DNA from: Azolla caroliniana
Lineage: Eukaryota > Plantae > Polypodiophyta
Direction of reading: 5' to 3'
Assembly: GCA_043228905.1 (NCBI GenBank)
Contig: JBHGNT010001436.1
Location: 1 to 8,478, forward strand
Length of the DNA stretch: 8,478 nucleotides
Part shown: positions 8,301-8,478 of the stretch, piece by piece
Position numbering within the stretch: position 1 is the first letter of the stretch
Layout of the letters: each line of letters opens with the position of its first letter
The notes under the pieces: model-generated
What the model saw: the letters and a program-made list of their open reading frames with translations, nothing else
Database searches by the model: none
Told to the model about the DNA's origin: nothing
Position numbers and translations under genes: made by a program

Positions 8301-8478
8301 TAAAAATTTGGCCCCAGAAGTGAAAGACATCTCTACTTGTAATCTATCCACATCCAATATAATCATGTGTTCTCTTATTAATTTGTGTCAGTAATCATGT
8401 TATTTCTAATTGACTTTGCCTCTTTTCAATTTCCATAATCAATCTCTCTCTACCTAATTTATGTCTAATTAATCATCT

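Noticed and set aside
1-8478. CRISPR array, tRNA/rRNA genes or a prokaryote-type operon
   Set aside because: No regularly spaced repeats, no RNA-gene signatures and no dense ORF packing; the sequence is spliced eukaryotic DNA.

Overview
Land-plant nuclear genomic DNA (AT-rich, GT-AG introns). Two things are well supported. (1) A minus-strand, intron-split HCF164 gene encoding the thylakoid membrane-anchored thioredoxin-like protein with a WCEVC active site. Three phase-consistent exons are clear (5272-5478, 4903-5006, 3565-3847). The transit-peptide exons upstream (6504-7526) are only tentatively resolved and allow several in-frame splice paths, one needing a 34-nt intron. (2) At the window start, a decayed Ty3/gypsy-type LTR retrotransposon remnant: a minus-strand gag pseudogene with two zinc knuckles and a premature stop, joined directly to an LTR-like segment (about 669-1020) with no PBS and no gag N-terminus. 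The rest is intergenic or intronic DNA with a (CT)13 microsatellite, some palindromes and a G-quadruplex motif upstream of HCF164. I see no convincing new multi-gene system; the most interesting open question is the 5' exon architecture of HCF164.
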